Under the pieces are notes generated by a model. It worked only from the letters and a program-made list of their open reading frames with translations, had not been told where the DNA came from and did not search any database. A stretch of DNA of 64,000 nucleotides from NCBI GenBank assembly GCA_020059585.1, contig JAGVBU010000004.1:16835-80834 (forward strand). The letters run 5' to 3'. Source of the stretch: Minisyncoccota bacterium (GTDB taxonomy: Bacteria > Patescibacteriota > Minisyncoccia > UBA6257 > GWB1-50-10). A program made the position numbers and the translations under genes. Shown here one piece after another: positions 9,266-18,845 of the stretch (the stretch's first letter is position 1; each line of letters opens with the position of its first letter).

Positions 9266-9376
9266 ATGGCAAAGAAAAAAGTCAGTAAATCAAAGACGGT
9301 CAAAAAGACCGCAAAGAAGCCGGCAGCAAAGAAAGTAGTGAAAAAATCAAAGGCGAAGAAGGCGAAAAAGAAATAA
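9266..9376 (+). CDS. lysine-rich 36-aa micro-protein (MAKKKVSKSKTVKKTAKKPAAKKVVKKSKAKKAKKK)
   Basis: ATG with an upstream A-rich region and a strong GC hairpin terminator downstream. Not in the ORF track because it is short. Confidence 0.3.
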   Translation: MAKKKVSKSKTVKKTAKKPAAKKVVKKSKAKKAKKK

Positions 9377-9407
9377 GGGCATTGGCCCCACGCTTTTCGC
9401 GTAAAGC

Positions 9408-9450
9408 AACCCGCCCCTTATTGTGTGTAGGGGGCGGGTTTGTTATTTGT
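9408..9450 (+). terminator. rho-independent terminator
   Basis: AACCCGCCCC...GGGGCGGGTT stem followed by TGTTATTTG. Confidence 0.5.
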
Positions 9451-9484
9451 TATACTGAAAGAAAGGTCGTTTTTTGACGTATAT

Positions 9485-9721
9485 ATGGAAAAAAATATAG
9501 GCACGTGGGACAAAATAATCCGTGGTATCGTGGGACTTGGGTTCATATTTTTTGCGGCTAAAGATTATATCGGATCAGACGTTTTTTCTGTGATTATTTT
9601 CATTCTTGGACTTATTCTTATTTTCGAATCAATGTTCGCGTTTTCTTTTGTGTATAAAATACTTGGTATTTCCACAAATAAAAAAGACGGTGGGGGATAC
9701 GATGCCGCTTCTTCCGCGTAA
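9485..9721 (+). CDS. DUF2892/YgaP-like small membrane protein
   Basis: MEKNIGTWDKIIRGIVG... followed by two TM segments. Start chosen inside ORF 9440..9721. Confidence 0.45.
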   Translation: MEKNIGTWDKIIRGIVGLGFIFFAAKDYIGSDVFSVIIFILGLILIFESMFAFSFVYKILGISTNKKDGGGYDAASSA

Positions 9722-9739
9722 GATATATACAAAGATAGC

Positions 9740-10561
9740 ATGACGCAATCTTCAAGAGGGATACGCTCCTTTCGGATACGCGTGTCTGTTTTTTATAAAA
9801 AGAATCACCGAACGTTTCCATGGCGCGCCACTCGCAATGCGTATAAAATCTTTATTTCGGAAATAATGCTTCAACAGACGCACGTTGATCGCGTGCGTAA
9901 GAAATATCCTCAATTTTTAAAAGAATTCCCGTCTTTTTTTTCACTCGCTTCCGCGTCGCCTCGCCACGTTCTTGCGTCGTGGAATGGGCTTGGATATAAT
10001 CGACGAGCTCTTAATCTCAAAGCGGCGTCCGAAATGATTGTAAACGAGTACGGAGGACACCTCCCCCGCGATCGAGGCGCTCTTGAAGCACTTCCCGGAG
10101 TGGGGGTGGGTACTTCAGGATCCCTTATGGCTTTTGTATATAACGAACCGGTCGTGTTTATAGAAACGAATATCCGTAGAGTGTTTCTTTATCATTTTTT
10201 CAGAGACGCGGATCGTGCTATCGCGGATAGGGAAATAATGCCCCTTGTGGAGAAAACACTTGATATAGACAATCCAAGGGAATGGTACTATGCGCTCATG
10301 GATTATGGATCGTGGCTTGGAAAAACAATTGTTGAAAATCCAAATAAAAAAAGCGCGTTATATAGAAAGCAGGGGGCCTTTCATGGCTCCCGCAGGGAAT
10401 TACGAGGGCGTATTCTAAAATATGCGTTATCCCATGGGGGATATATACGTGATATATGGGCCTTTTCACGAGCTATAAAACTACCGGAAAGGAAAATCAG
10501 AGAAGTTTACGCCATAATGGCAAAAGAGGGATTTTTCCCCCGTTCAAAAAAAAGAAGATAG
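9740..10561 (+). CDS. HhH-GPD superfamily DNA glycosylase (MutY/A-G-specific adenine glycosylase-like; no Cys cluster visible)
   Basis: FPWR...YKIFISEIMLQQTHVDRV... and GVGVGTSGSLM (HhH-GPD); the C-terminal region lacks a 4Cys FeS motif. Confidence 0.65.
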   Translation: MTQSSRGIRSFRIRVSVFYKKNHRTFPWRATRNAYKIFISEIMLQQTHVDRVRKKYPQFLKEFPSFFSLASASPRHVLASWNGLGYNRRALNLKAASEMIVNEYGGHLPRDRGALEALPGVGVGTSGSLMAFVYNEPVVFIETNIRRVFLYHFFRDADRAIADREIMPLVEKTLDIDNPREWYYALMDYGSWLGKTIVENPNKKSALYRKQGAFHGSRRELRGRILKYALSHGGYIRDIWAFSRAIKLPERKIREVYAIMAKEGFFPRSKKRR

Positions 10562-10596
10562 TGTAAACTTTCTTTTTATTCTGATATTCTTTTTAT

Positions 10597-11265
10597 ATGA
10601 AAAAAATAAGTCTTGAAGAGGTGAAAAAGAATCCGCAGGTGCTCCAGTGTATCGCCGAGAGCGACAAATCTCTTGATGTGTTGGGATATACGGAGCATGG
10701 AATTCGCCACGTCTCGCTTGTTGCGGAACGCGCAGCTCGCATAAGCGATGCTCTTGGATTTGATGGCGAAGTGAGGAATCGCGCCGAAATTGCCTCATTC
10801 TGTCATGATATGGGAAACTTTATGGGAAGGACTCAGCATCATTATTGGGGAGCATTACTTTTTCACCAAATATTTTCGGAGACCATGGACGCTCACGATT
10901 GTATGAAGATTGTGCAGGCGATAGCAAACCACGATAAGGAAGAGATGAAGTTTACAAACCCCGAAGCGGCGCTTGTCGTAATAGCGGACAAATCCGATGT
11001 GCATCGTTCTCGCGTGAGAACTCAGTCGATAGAAGAAACGCGAAAAGATATCCACGATAGGGTAAATTATGCGACGACATTTTCTGATCTCGTGTATGAT
11101 AAGGAGGCTGATACGATACGCCTTATATTGTCCATTGATACGGAATTTGTTCCTATAATGGAATATTTCGAAATATTCACAGAACGTATGACGTATTGCA
11201 GAAAAGCAGCGTTATATCTTGGAAAGAGTTTCGGTATCACGATAAATAATATCGCAATGCTTTAA
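10597..11265 (+). CDS. HD-domain phosphohydrolase
   Basis: H...HD metal-binding motif (GIRHV...FCHDMGN). Confidence 0.6.
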   Translation: MKKISLEEVKKNPQVLQCIAESDKSLDVLGYTEHGIRHVSLVAERAARISDALGFDGEVRNRAEIASFCHDMGNFMGRTQHHYWGALLFHQIFSETMDAHDCMKIVQAIANHDKEEMKFTNPEAALVVIADKSDVHRSRVRTQSIEETRKDIHDRVNYATTFSDLVYDKEADTIRLILSIDTEFVPIMEYFEIFTERMTYCRKAALYLGKSFGITINNIAML

Positions 11266-11274
11266 GAATATATT

Positions 11275-11601
11275 ATGGAAAAAATACATTTTGATGAATT
11301 CAAAAAAATAGAACTTCGAGTCGGGAAAATAATAGACGCGGAGGATATTCCGGAATCAGAAAAACTTGTAAAACTCAAGGTCCGTTTAGAGAGTGAGGAT
11401 CGTCAGATCATTGCGGGAATAAAGAAATCGTATCCTCCGAGCACGCTCATAGGAAAGGAAGTGATAGTGGTTGCTAATCTAGCCACTCGTACAATGATCG
11501 GATACGAAAGCGATGGGATGCTTCTTGCGACGCGCGATGGCGACGACATTGTACTTTTGCGTCCCGAACGAGATGTTCCCGAAGGGTCGTCTGTGAGCTG
11601 A
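11275..11601 (+). CDS. tRNA-binding domain protein (CsaA/Trbp111, EMAP-like OB fold)
   Basis: ...ELRVGKIIDAEDIPESEKLVKLKV... typical tRNA-binding OB domain. Confidence 0.7.
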   Translation: MEKIHFDEFKKIELRVGKIIDAEDIPESEKLVKLKVRLESEDRQIIAGIKKSYPPSTLIGKEVIVVANLATRTMIGYESDGMLLATRDGDDIVLLRPERDVPEGSSVS

Positions 11602-11604
11602 CGG

Positions 11605-12978
11605 TTATTTTATCTCAACGTTAAAGAGGGAGAACACCGTGCCTTCTTTTTTTATGATATTGAGGCGCGCGGAGTCATCGAGAAAAATATCATGAACGTT
11701 TTCGATGATTGTTGCGGTATTTGCCGTTCCTCTCGGATCAAGTTCCACCGCGAGAAGCGATCCATTTGTCTTGATAAATGCGTGTGAATCAAATGCGGGA
11801 ATCCAGAGTATTGTATCTCCGAGCTTGTAGCGGTTCGAAACGAGAATTTCGGTCACGCTTCCTTTTGGTAATTTGAGATCTCCATCGTCCTTTTCCGCGT
11901 AGTACACAAATATCTTTTTATCGTTATTCATCCAGATAAGCTTCGTTCCGTCAGAAGACAGGGCAAACGTCGCGGCGCGGTCTCCTACGCGCAGAAGCGT
12001 TTCAGCGCTCCGATCATAAAGAAACAGCGATCCCTCAGTGTCCTCAAATGCAATGCGGGATCCCGAGTCGTCTATCGATATTTCTGATATTAACTCGGTA
12101 CTTGTTGTCATTATGAACGAGAAGTTGTTCTTTAAAAGAAGGTTTGTTCCTTGAACAAAACCGTCTTTGCTGATGCCGAATACGGTGCTTCCGCGTATAA
12201 CAAGGAAGTCCATCGTAGAGGTGCTCAAAGTCATTTTTTCTATCATTATTCTTTTTAAATCAATTGAATATATGGATTGTTCCGTGGCAATTATTACTTT
12301 TTCATCGCTAAACGGATGTATCCGTGCGTGGCGTATTTTCACATTTCCTGGAAGTTCAAGCTGCCTCGTTTTTAGTGAGTTAAATATTTCATACAGATTT
12401 ATCGCGCCCTCAGGATTCTCGGTGTCTGTGAAAAACAAGTGTCCTTTTTCGGTTTCCGTGATAATCCACTTTGAATCGTTTTTCGCCGCGAATACGGAAT
12501 CTCCGCGTAATTGCTTTCCGTATACGGTAAGATTTCCTTTCTCATCTTTCAGCACTGTCGCGTTTGCCACGGGGGAAAAATAAGGGGTAGTTGCAGTCGC
12601 GACAAGTTCGTGCGTTGGAGAGATATTCCAAAGTCTTATATTACTCGCGGAAGTGATTATTCCGGACAAAACATTGAGATCTTTTTCCCATCCCACGGTA
12701 CCTTTTTTTTCTATCGCGACATGATAGATATCGGGGATAAGATCATCAATAAGAACCCCCCTGTTCAGTATCCCCGGAGATTCGCGTACTATTTCTCCGT
12801 TCAGTGATACGATTGCGTCCGAAGGGATGAATTTCAGATAGATCCCCCCCGTTTTCACGAGCCGTACTTTTTCCCAGTCAAAAACGAATCCCTGCGTGGA
12901 GACAATAAGGTATGCTCCCCATACAAGGAATATAAGCGCAAAAAAATAATATAGAAGCTTCCTTCTTTTTAAGTTCAT
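11605..12978 (-). CDS. membrane-anchored hypothetical protein with beta-propeller/TolB-like repeats (457 aa)
   Basis: N-terminal TM; repeated ...DDSGSRIAFED..GSLFLYD... and ...SSDGTKLIWM... WD40/TolB-like blades. Confidence 0.45.
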   Translation of the reverse strand: MNLKRRKLLYYFFALIFLVWGAYLIVSTQGFVFDWEKVRLVKTGGIYLKFIPSDAIVSLNGEIVRESPGILNRGVLIDDLIPDIYHVAIEKKGTVGWEKDLNVLSGIITSASNIRLWNISPTHELVATATTPYFSPVANATVLKDEKGNLTVYGKQLRGDSVFAAKNDSKWIITETEKGHLFFTDTENPEGAINLYEIFNSLKTRQLELPGNVKIRHARIHPFSDEKVIIATEQSIYSIDLKRIMIEKMTLSTSTMDFLVIRGSTVFGISKDGFVQGTNLLLKNNFSFIMTTSTELISEISIDDSGSRIAFEDTEGSLFLYDRSAETLLRVGDRAATFALSSDGTKLIWMNNDKKIFVYYAEKDDGDLKLPKGSVTEILVSNRYKLGDTILWIPAFDSHAFIKTNGSLLAVELDPRGTANTATIIENVHDIFLDDSARLNIIKKEGTVFSLFNVEIK

Positions 12979-13090
12979 ATATGTGTATACGTCTACGGTA
13001 TATTATTTTCGTGGAATCCGCAAAACGTTTCTGGGGGAAAGTTGAATTTGGAAGGAATAGAGATTAGAGTAATTGCATACAAGAATAATT

Positions 13091-14098
13091 ATGTTTGTAC
13101 GAAAAATAGGCATTGATCTCGGAACCACGAATACGCTCGTATTCCTTCCTGATAAGGGGATAGTGATAAACGAGCCTACGGTAGTTGCCTTGAGAAAACC
13201 CGACAATACGGTACTCGCGGTCGGAGCGGAAGCGAAAGAAATGGTGGGACGAACCCCCGACGATATCGTGACGTATAAGCCGTTAAAGGACGGCGTTATC
13301 GCGGAATATTATATTACCGAAGCAATGCTCCGTTATTTTATCTCGAAGAGCGTGGGAAGTTTCAATATATTCAGACCGGAGGTTGTCATTTCAGTTCCCG
13401 CTGGAATTACTTCGACGGAATATCGTGCGGTTATGAACGCCGCAAAAGAAGCTGGTGCGCGAGAAGTGTATCTCGTGAAAGAGCCTCTTCTTGCGTCACT
13501 TGGCGCGGGAATCCCCATTCATTCTTCGGAGGGTAACATGATTGTAAACATCGGAGGGGGTACAACCGAGGTTGCGGTGATATCGCTTGGGGGTATTGTG
13601 GCGTGGTCAAGTCTGCGCGTCGCGGGAAATCGCTTCGATCATTCCATTATTGAATATATAAAGAAAAAATACGGACTCGCGATTGGGGAGGGAACCGCGG
13701 AGAATATAAAAATAACAATAGGAACGGCAATTCCGAATAAAAACAAAACGGAAATGAAGATACGGGGAAGGGATATTTCCTCCGGTCTTCCCAAGGATCT
13801 TGTTATTAATTCAAATGAGATTGCTGAGGCGGTGAATCCTCATCTTGTTGATATTATCAACTCGGTTCAATCGGTTTTTAACGTGACACCGCCCGAGCTT
13901 GCTGCGGATATTATGGAAAAAGGCGTCATTATGTCGGGGGGAAGCTCCCAGCTTAGGGATTTTGAGGAGTTTTTCAAGCGTTCGCTTGGGGTTGCGGCAT
14001 ATGTCGCGGAAGAGCCCATACTCTGCGTCGCGAAGGGAACCGCGACCGTGTTGAATCATCTTGATGTGTATAAAAGGACGCTCCTGAACAGGAGATAA
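13091..14098 (+). CDS. MreB/Mbl-family actin-like protein (paralog 1)
   Basis: KIGIDLGTTNTLVF...; sugar-kinase/actin fold motifs throughout. Confidence 0.8.
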   Translation: MFVRKIGIDLGTTNTLVFLPDKGIVINEPTVVALRKPDNTVLAVGAEAKEMVGRTPDDIVTYKPLKDGVIAEYYITEAMLRYFISKSVGSFNIFRPEVVISVPAGITSTEYRAVMNAAKEAGAREVYLVKEPLLASLGAGIPIHSSEGNMIVNIGGGTTEVAVISLGGIVAWSSLRVAGNRFDHSIIEYIKKKYGLAIGEGTAENIKITIGTAIPNKNKTEMKIRGRDISSGLPKDLVINSNEIAEAVNPHLVDIINSVQSVFNVTPPELAADIMEKGVIMSGGSSQLRDFEEFFKRSLGVAAYVAEEPILCVAKGTATVLNHLDVYKRTLLNRR

Positions 14099-14099
14099 T

Positions 14100-14888
14100 A
14101 TGCTTCTTGGACACGAGTCAAAAGAGGAAGATTTCAAAAACGCCGTTGCGTCGGGAGCGCTTGGGCACGCGTATCTTTTTTTTGGAGACGCGCACATAGG
14201 GAAGTGCGCGTTTGCGAAGTCATTCGCGAATTTTCTCGAGAATGGATCTTTTTGTATTCCTTTCGAGCCTCTTATTGATACCCGAGTGTTCACGAAGAAC
14301 GAAAAAGGAACTATTTCCATAGATGAAATGCGCGAACTGAAAAAGTTTCTTTCGCAGCATCCGTTCAAATCCTCGAGAAAAATAGCAATTGTCGATGATG
14401 CGGAAAAACTTACTGAGGAGGCTCAGGCATCCCTCTTAAAGATAGTTGAGGAACCTCCGGTGAGTAGTCTCATTATTTTTATCGCTCCGAGTGATGATAT
14501 ACTCTTTCGTCCGCTCATATCCCGTCTTTCGAAGATATATTTTTCTCGGGTATCTCCGGACGCCATAGAACGGGGCCTTATAATGCTTTATAATGTGGAC
14601 AAGCAGATTGCGAAAGAAGTTGCAGCACGTTCTTTTGGACGAATGGGACTTGCGGTTGTCGATGCGTTAGAGGAGGACACGCGCACAAAAGAAGAAAAAA
14701 GCGTGGCAGATGAAATTGAAGAACGCATACTTTCCCATTATGTTCAAAATTCTTTCAGCCAATCGAAAATGCTTGAAGAGCTTATAAAGAAGGAAACCGT
14801 ATGTAGACGCTTCAATCTTAATCCGTCGTTACAAAAAAAAGCGATTAACACTATAGTAGAAATAAAGAAAAATGGAAGATATTCTTAA
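14100..14888 (+). CDS. holB: DNA polymerase III delta-prime subunit
   Basis: GHAYLFFGDAHIGK...IVDDAEKLTEEAQASLLKIVEEPP... clamp-loader AAA+ motifs without an intact Walker A. Confidence 0.65.
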   Translation: MLLGHESKEEDFKNAVASGALGHAYLFFGDAHIGKCAFAKSFANFLENGSFCIPFEPLIDTRVFTKNEKGTISIDEMRELKKFLSQHPFKSSRKIAIVDDAEKLTEEAQASLLKIVEEPPVSSLIIFIAPSDDILFRPLISRLSKIYFSRVSPDAIERGLIMLYNVDKQIAKEVAARSFGRMGLAVVDALEEDTRTKEEKSVADEIEERILSHYVQNSFSQSKMLEELIKKETVCRRFNLNPSLQKKAINTIVEIKKNGRYS

Positions 14889-15423
14889 AAAAATAGAAAA
14901 ACAGCTTCATGCGGTACGCGATGCGTTTCGTAAGGAGATTGCCGGAGTTCGGACAAATCGTCCGAGTACTGCGATTATTGAGGACATAAAGGTGTCGTAT
15001 TATGACCAGCTTACTCCGGTGAAGCACCTTGGATCGGTTGGGGTGGTGCCCCCAAGAGAAATACATGTGCAGGTGTGGGACAAGGGAGCCGTACAATCCG
15101 TAGCAAAGGCAATTGAAGGGGCATCGCTTGGGTTTTCAGCGACCATCGAGGGGAACATGGTTCGAATCTTTCTCCCTGAGTTAAGCGAAGAACGCCGTGA
15201 AGAACTTATAAAATTCGTAAAAAAAATCTCCGAACAACATCGTATTCAAATCCGCCACGTGCGGGATGAGGGGAATAAAGACGTTCAAAAAATGCTTGAT
15301 GACGGTCTTTGTGGAGAAGATGATCGGTTTAAAGGAAGGGAACGTATTCAAAAATTGGTTGATATCGCGAACGAATGGATTGAATCCGATTGTGAATTGA
15401 AAATAAAGGAAATCAAAGAATAA
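14872..15423 (+). CDS. frr: ribosome recycling factor
   Basis: ...VRTNRPSTAIIEDIKVSYY... matches the RRF family. Confidence 0.9.
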   Translation: MEDILKKIEKQLHAVRDAFRKEIAGVRTNRPSTAIIEDIKVSYYDQLTPVKHLGSVGVVPPREIHVQVWDKGAVQSVAKAIEGASLGFSATIEGNMVRIFLPELSEERREELIKFVKKISEQHRIQIRHVRDEGNKDVQKMLDDGLCGEDDRFKGRERIQKLVDIANEWIESDCELKIKEIKE

Positions 15424-15424
15424 A

Positions 15425-16489
15425 ATGCTTGAGATAATTCTTATTATAATCGCGCTTTCCGTGCTTATCATCGCGCATGAAGCAGGCCATTTTTTTTCTG
15501 CAAAATTTTTCCGTGTGCGCGTAGACGAATTCGGAATAGGGTTTCCCCCTCGCGTATTCGGAAAGAAAATTGGCAAGACGCTTTATAGCATAAACGCGCT
15601 TCCTTTGGGAGGATTTGTCAAAATCTTCGGAGAACATGGTCCTTCGGAAGATACACCCCTGGATGATAAGGAGGGGGAGGTATCGTTTTCTTCCATATCC
15701 TTGAGCCGGCGCGCGGTTATCCTCTTAGGAGGCATTATTATGAATATTATCGTGGGATGGATGCTTCTGAGCGCGGTATTGATGATAGGAATACCCTTTC
15801 ATCTTGGCGTGAATGAAATTGTGGAAAATTCTCCGGCTGCATCTGCGGGAATTTCTCCCGGCGATTTTATTCTTGAAATCTCGCGCGGAAGCGACATTCT
15901 TTATGATCCGATTTCTCCTGAAGATTTTAAGGAATTCATCGCTGCTTCGGGAGAAAATGAGGTGAATATTGTTATTCAGCGCGGAGAAGAGGAAATTTCC
16001 GTTTCTTTGCAAGGAAGAGTAAATCCGCCCGAGGGGGAAGGGTCTCTTGGCGTATCTATTTCAATGTTTGGTGTTCCGCGTGAAGGATTTTTCTCCGCGC
16101 TTGTGCATGGCGCGCGGGAAACCGCGGACGCGCTTGGAACAATCGTGAAAGGTTTTTATCATCTTCTCTCAAATATTTTTTCCTCTCCCGAAATCGCAAA
16201 AGATCTTTCTGGTCCCGTAGGAATCGTTATGATTGCGAAATGGGCGGGAGATATGGGATTTGTCTTTTTCCTTCAGCTTATGGCCCTTATTTCCCTGAAT
16301 CTCGCGATATTCAATCTCATTCCATTTCCCGCGCTCGACGGGGGAAGGGTAGTACTTCTTCTTGTCGAATGGATTACGCGATCGCCCGTTTCGGATCGCG
16401 TACAAACAGCGATAAATGCGGGAGGCCTACTCCTTCTTCTTGCGCTTATGATATTCGTGACCATACAGGACGTGGGAAGATTTTTCTAA
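15425..16489 (+). CDS. rseP: RIP zinc metalloprotease (site-2 protease)
   Basis: HEAGH motif inside a TM segment, a PDZ-like middle region and a C-terminal LDGG motif. Confidence 0.8.
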   Translation: MLEIILIIIALSVLIIAHEAGHFFSAKFFRVRVDEFGIGFPPRVFGKKIGKTLYSINALPLGGFVKIFGEHGPSEDTPLDDKEGEVSFSSISLSRRAVILLGGIIMNIIVGWMLLSAVLMIGIPFHLGVNEIVENSPAASAGISPGDFILEISRGSDILYDPISPEDFKEFIAASGENEVNIVIQRGEEEISVSLQGRVNPPEGEGSLGVSISMFGVPREGFFSALVHGARETADALGTIVKGFYHLLSNIFSSPEIAKDLSGPVGIVMIAKWAGDMGFVFFLQLMALISLNLAIFNLIPFPALDGGRVVLLLVEWITRSPVSDRVQTAINAGGLLLLLALMIFVTIQDVGRFF

Positions 16490-16543
16490 AAGGACTGATT
16501 GTAAAAGCCGGTTTTGTCTGCTAGGATACAGGTATATTTTTGT

Positions 16544-17791
16544 ATGCGACAATCACAATTATTTCTTAAAACGCGCAAAGACTTTCCGAAAGACGAGGTT
16601 GCGATAAATGCACAACTCCTTATTCGCGGTGGATTCATTGAGAAACTTATGTCGGGAGTGTATTCATTTCTTCCGCTTGGTTTCCGCGTTCGTGACAACA
16701 TTATGTCCGTTATTCGTAGTGAAATGAATGCTCTTGGCGCCGAGATGATTATGCCCGCGCTTCACCCTCGCGCGGTGTGGGAGGTGACGGGGCGATGGAA
16801 AAAGATGGAAAGTATCATGTATCAGTTTAAAGATCACTCAGGGAAGGAGGTGGGTCTTGGTCCCACGCACGAAGAGATAATCGCGCTTATCGCGAAACCG
16901 GTTATCGAATCATATGCAGATCTTCCTCTCGCGGTATATCAGATCCAAACGAAATTCCGAGACGAAGCACGTGCGAAATCTGGGCTCTTGCGCGGAAGAG
17001 AGTTTACTATGAAAGATTTGTACAGTTTTCATGCGGATAGCGCATCCCTTGATATATATTACAACGAAGTGAAAAAAGCATACTTGAATGTCTTTTCGCG
17101 TTGCGGTCTTAGGGCGTTCGTAACAGAAGCATCTGGAGGTGATTTTTCGAAGGAATATTCGCACGAATTTATGGTTGCCGCGGATGCGGGAGAGGATGTG
17201 ACATATCTCTGCCGCTTATGCGGATTTGCTCAAAATAAGGAGATTGCGAAAGCAAAGAAGGGGGGCGCATGTCCCACATGCAAAGATGGAGTGGTGGAGG
17301 AAGTGAAAACAATAGAGGTGGGAAATATATTCAAGCTTGGTACGAGATTTTCCGAGCCCGTGAAACTCCTTTTCCGAGATGAAAAGGGAGGAATGAAGCC
17401 CGTAATCATGGCATCGTATGGGATAGGAGTAGAGCGGCTTATGGGAACTATTGTTGAGGGTTCCCATGATGATCGCGGAATTGTCTGGCCCGAGTCTGTC
17501 GCTCCTTTCCGAGTGCACCTTGTATGTATTGAAGGCGATGCAGATGTTTCAGAATTCTGCAAAAAAACATATGAGCGTTTTTTGAAAGAGGGAATTGATG
17601 TGCTTTATGATGATAGGAAAGAGGTATCTGCCGGAGAAAAGTTTTTTGATGCGGATCTCATAGGTATTCCTTGGCGCGCGGTTGTGAGTCAAAAAACGTG
17701 CGCCCACGGAAAGATTGAAGTGAAGCGTCGCAACGAGAAAGAGGCGACGCTTGTGAAAGTCGATGAGTTTTTAAAAATGATGAAAAAATAA
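16544..17791 (+). CDS. proS: proline--tRNA ligase (short form, no INS editing domain; small Cys4 insertion)
   Basis: MRQSQLFLKTRKDFPKDEVAINAQLLIRGGFI... class II motifs; CRLCGF...CPTCKDG insertion. Confidence 0.85.
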   Translation: MRQSQLFLKTRKDFPKDEVAINAQLLIRGGFIEKLMSGVYSFLPLGFRVRDNIMSVIRSEMNALGAEMIMPALHPRAVWEVTGRWKKMESIMYQFKDHSGKEVGLGPTHEEIIALIAKPVIESYADLPLAVYQIQTKFRDEARAKSGLLRGREFTMKDLYSFHADSASLDIYYNEVKKAYLNVFSRCGLRAFVTEASGGDFSKEYSHEFMVAADAGEDVTYLCRLCGFAQNKEIAKAKKGGACPTCKDGVVEEVKTIEVGNIFKLGTRFSEPVKLLFRDEKGGMKPVIMASYGIGVERLMGTIVEGSHDDRGIVWPESVAPFRVHLVCIEGDADVSEFCKKTYERFLKEGIDVLYDDRKEVSAGEKFFDADLIGIPWRAVVSQKTCAHGKIEVKRRNEKEATLVKVDEFLKMMKK

Positions 17792-17795
17792 CCGT

Positions 17796-18827
17796 ATGAT
17801 TATAAGAAAAAATATAGGCATTGATCTCGGCACTCATACAACGCAGATATATCTCGAGAAAAAAGGAATCGTAATCAACGAACCCTCTATTGTCGCATTC
17901 AATAACAGGACGAACAAAATCGTTGCGCATGGAACTGAGGCGAAGAAAATGCTTTCCCGGACTCCCGCGCACATCACGGCGCTTCGACCGGTAGTGAACG
18001 GAATTATTGCTGATTTCGATATGGCAAAAGAAATGATAGAGCGTTTTTTAAAGAGTGAAAAATTTCCCCGATCGTTTATTACGAGAAGTATTGTAAGTGT
18101 TCCCACAAACCTTACTGAAGTAGAGCGAAAATCGGTTGAGGATCTTCTGAAAGAGGCGGGAGCATCAAGCGTATATCTCATTGAACAGCCTCTTGCCGCC
18201 GCATTCGGAAGTCAGCTTGATATAAATTATCCAACCGCGTATTTGATTGTTGATATTGGCGCGGGTACAAGTGATATGGCGATCATATCGATGAATGGCA
18301 TTGTAGTTTCAAAGCGGCTCAAAATAGCGGGAGATTATCTTGATCAGGAAATAATCCGCGCGGTACGTGAAGAGCTAAAACTTCATATTGGCGAACCCAC
18401 TGCGGAGGATATAAAGATAGGAGTTGGATCGGCGGTGCCTCTCGGGGAACGTCTTGAAATAACGGTACGTGGAAGGGATATGCTCAACGGACTTCCTCGC
18501 GAGATAACCATAAAAGATACTCAGGTACGATTCTGGCTTTCGCGCCCTCTTAAGGTGCTCGTGGAAGCGCTGAAGGATCTCATTGAGATTGCTCCGCCTG
18601 AACTCGTTGGAGACGTATATAAGAACGGAATTTACCTTTGTGGCGGAGGGAGTCTTCTTCGGGGGATTGGGCTTCTCTTCGAAAAAGAGGTGGGGGTGAA
18701 GGTTTGGACTGTGGAGGAACCGCTTACAAGTATTGCGCGGGGTACGGGAATCATTGCCGAGAATTTCGATCGTTTCAGCCACGTAGTGAATAATTTTTCT
18801 CGCTTCAAACTCGGAGGAACGTTGTAA
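17796..18827 (+). CDS. mreB: rod shape-determining protein MreB
   Basis: NIGIDLGTHTT...; followed by mreC-mreD-PBP2 in canonical order. Confidence 0.85.
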   Translation: MIIRKNIGIDLGTHTTQIYLEKKGIVINEPSIVAFNNRTNKIVAHGTEAKKMLSRTPAHITALRPVVNGIIADFDMAKEMIERFLKSEKFPRSFITRSIVSVPTNLTEVERKSVEDLLKEAGASSVYLIEQPLAAAFGSQLDINYPTAYLIVDIGAGTSDMAIISMNGIVVSKRLKIAGDYLDQEIIRAVREELKLHIGEPTAEDIKIGVGSAVPLGERLEITVRGRDMLNGLPREITIKDTQVRFWLSRPLKVLVEALKDLIEIAPPELVGDVYKNGIYLCGGGSLLRGIGLLFEKEVGVKVWTVEEPLTSIARGTGIIAENFDRFSHVVNNFSRFKLGGTL

Positions 18828-18845
18828 AAAAGAGCGCGAACACGC

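Noticed and set aside
17216-17562. Minus-strand 100 to 110-aa ORFs inside proS
   Set aside because: They are antisense to proS and have no signatures.
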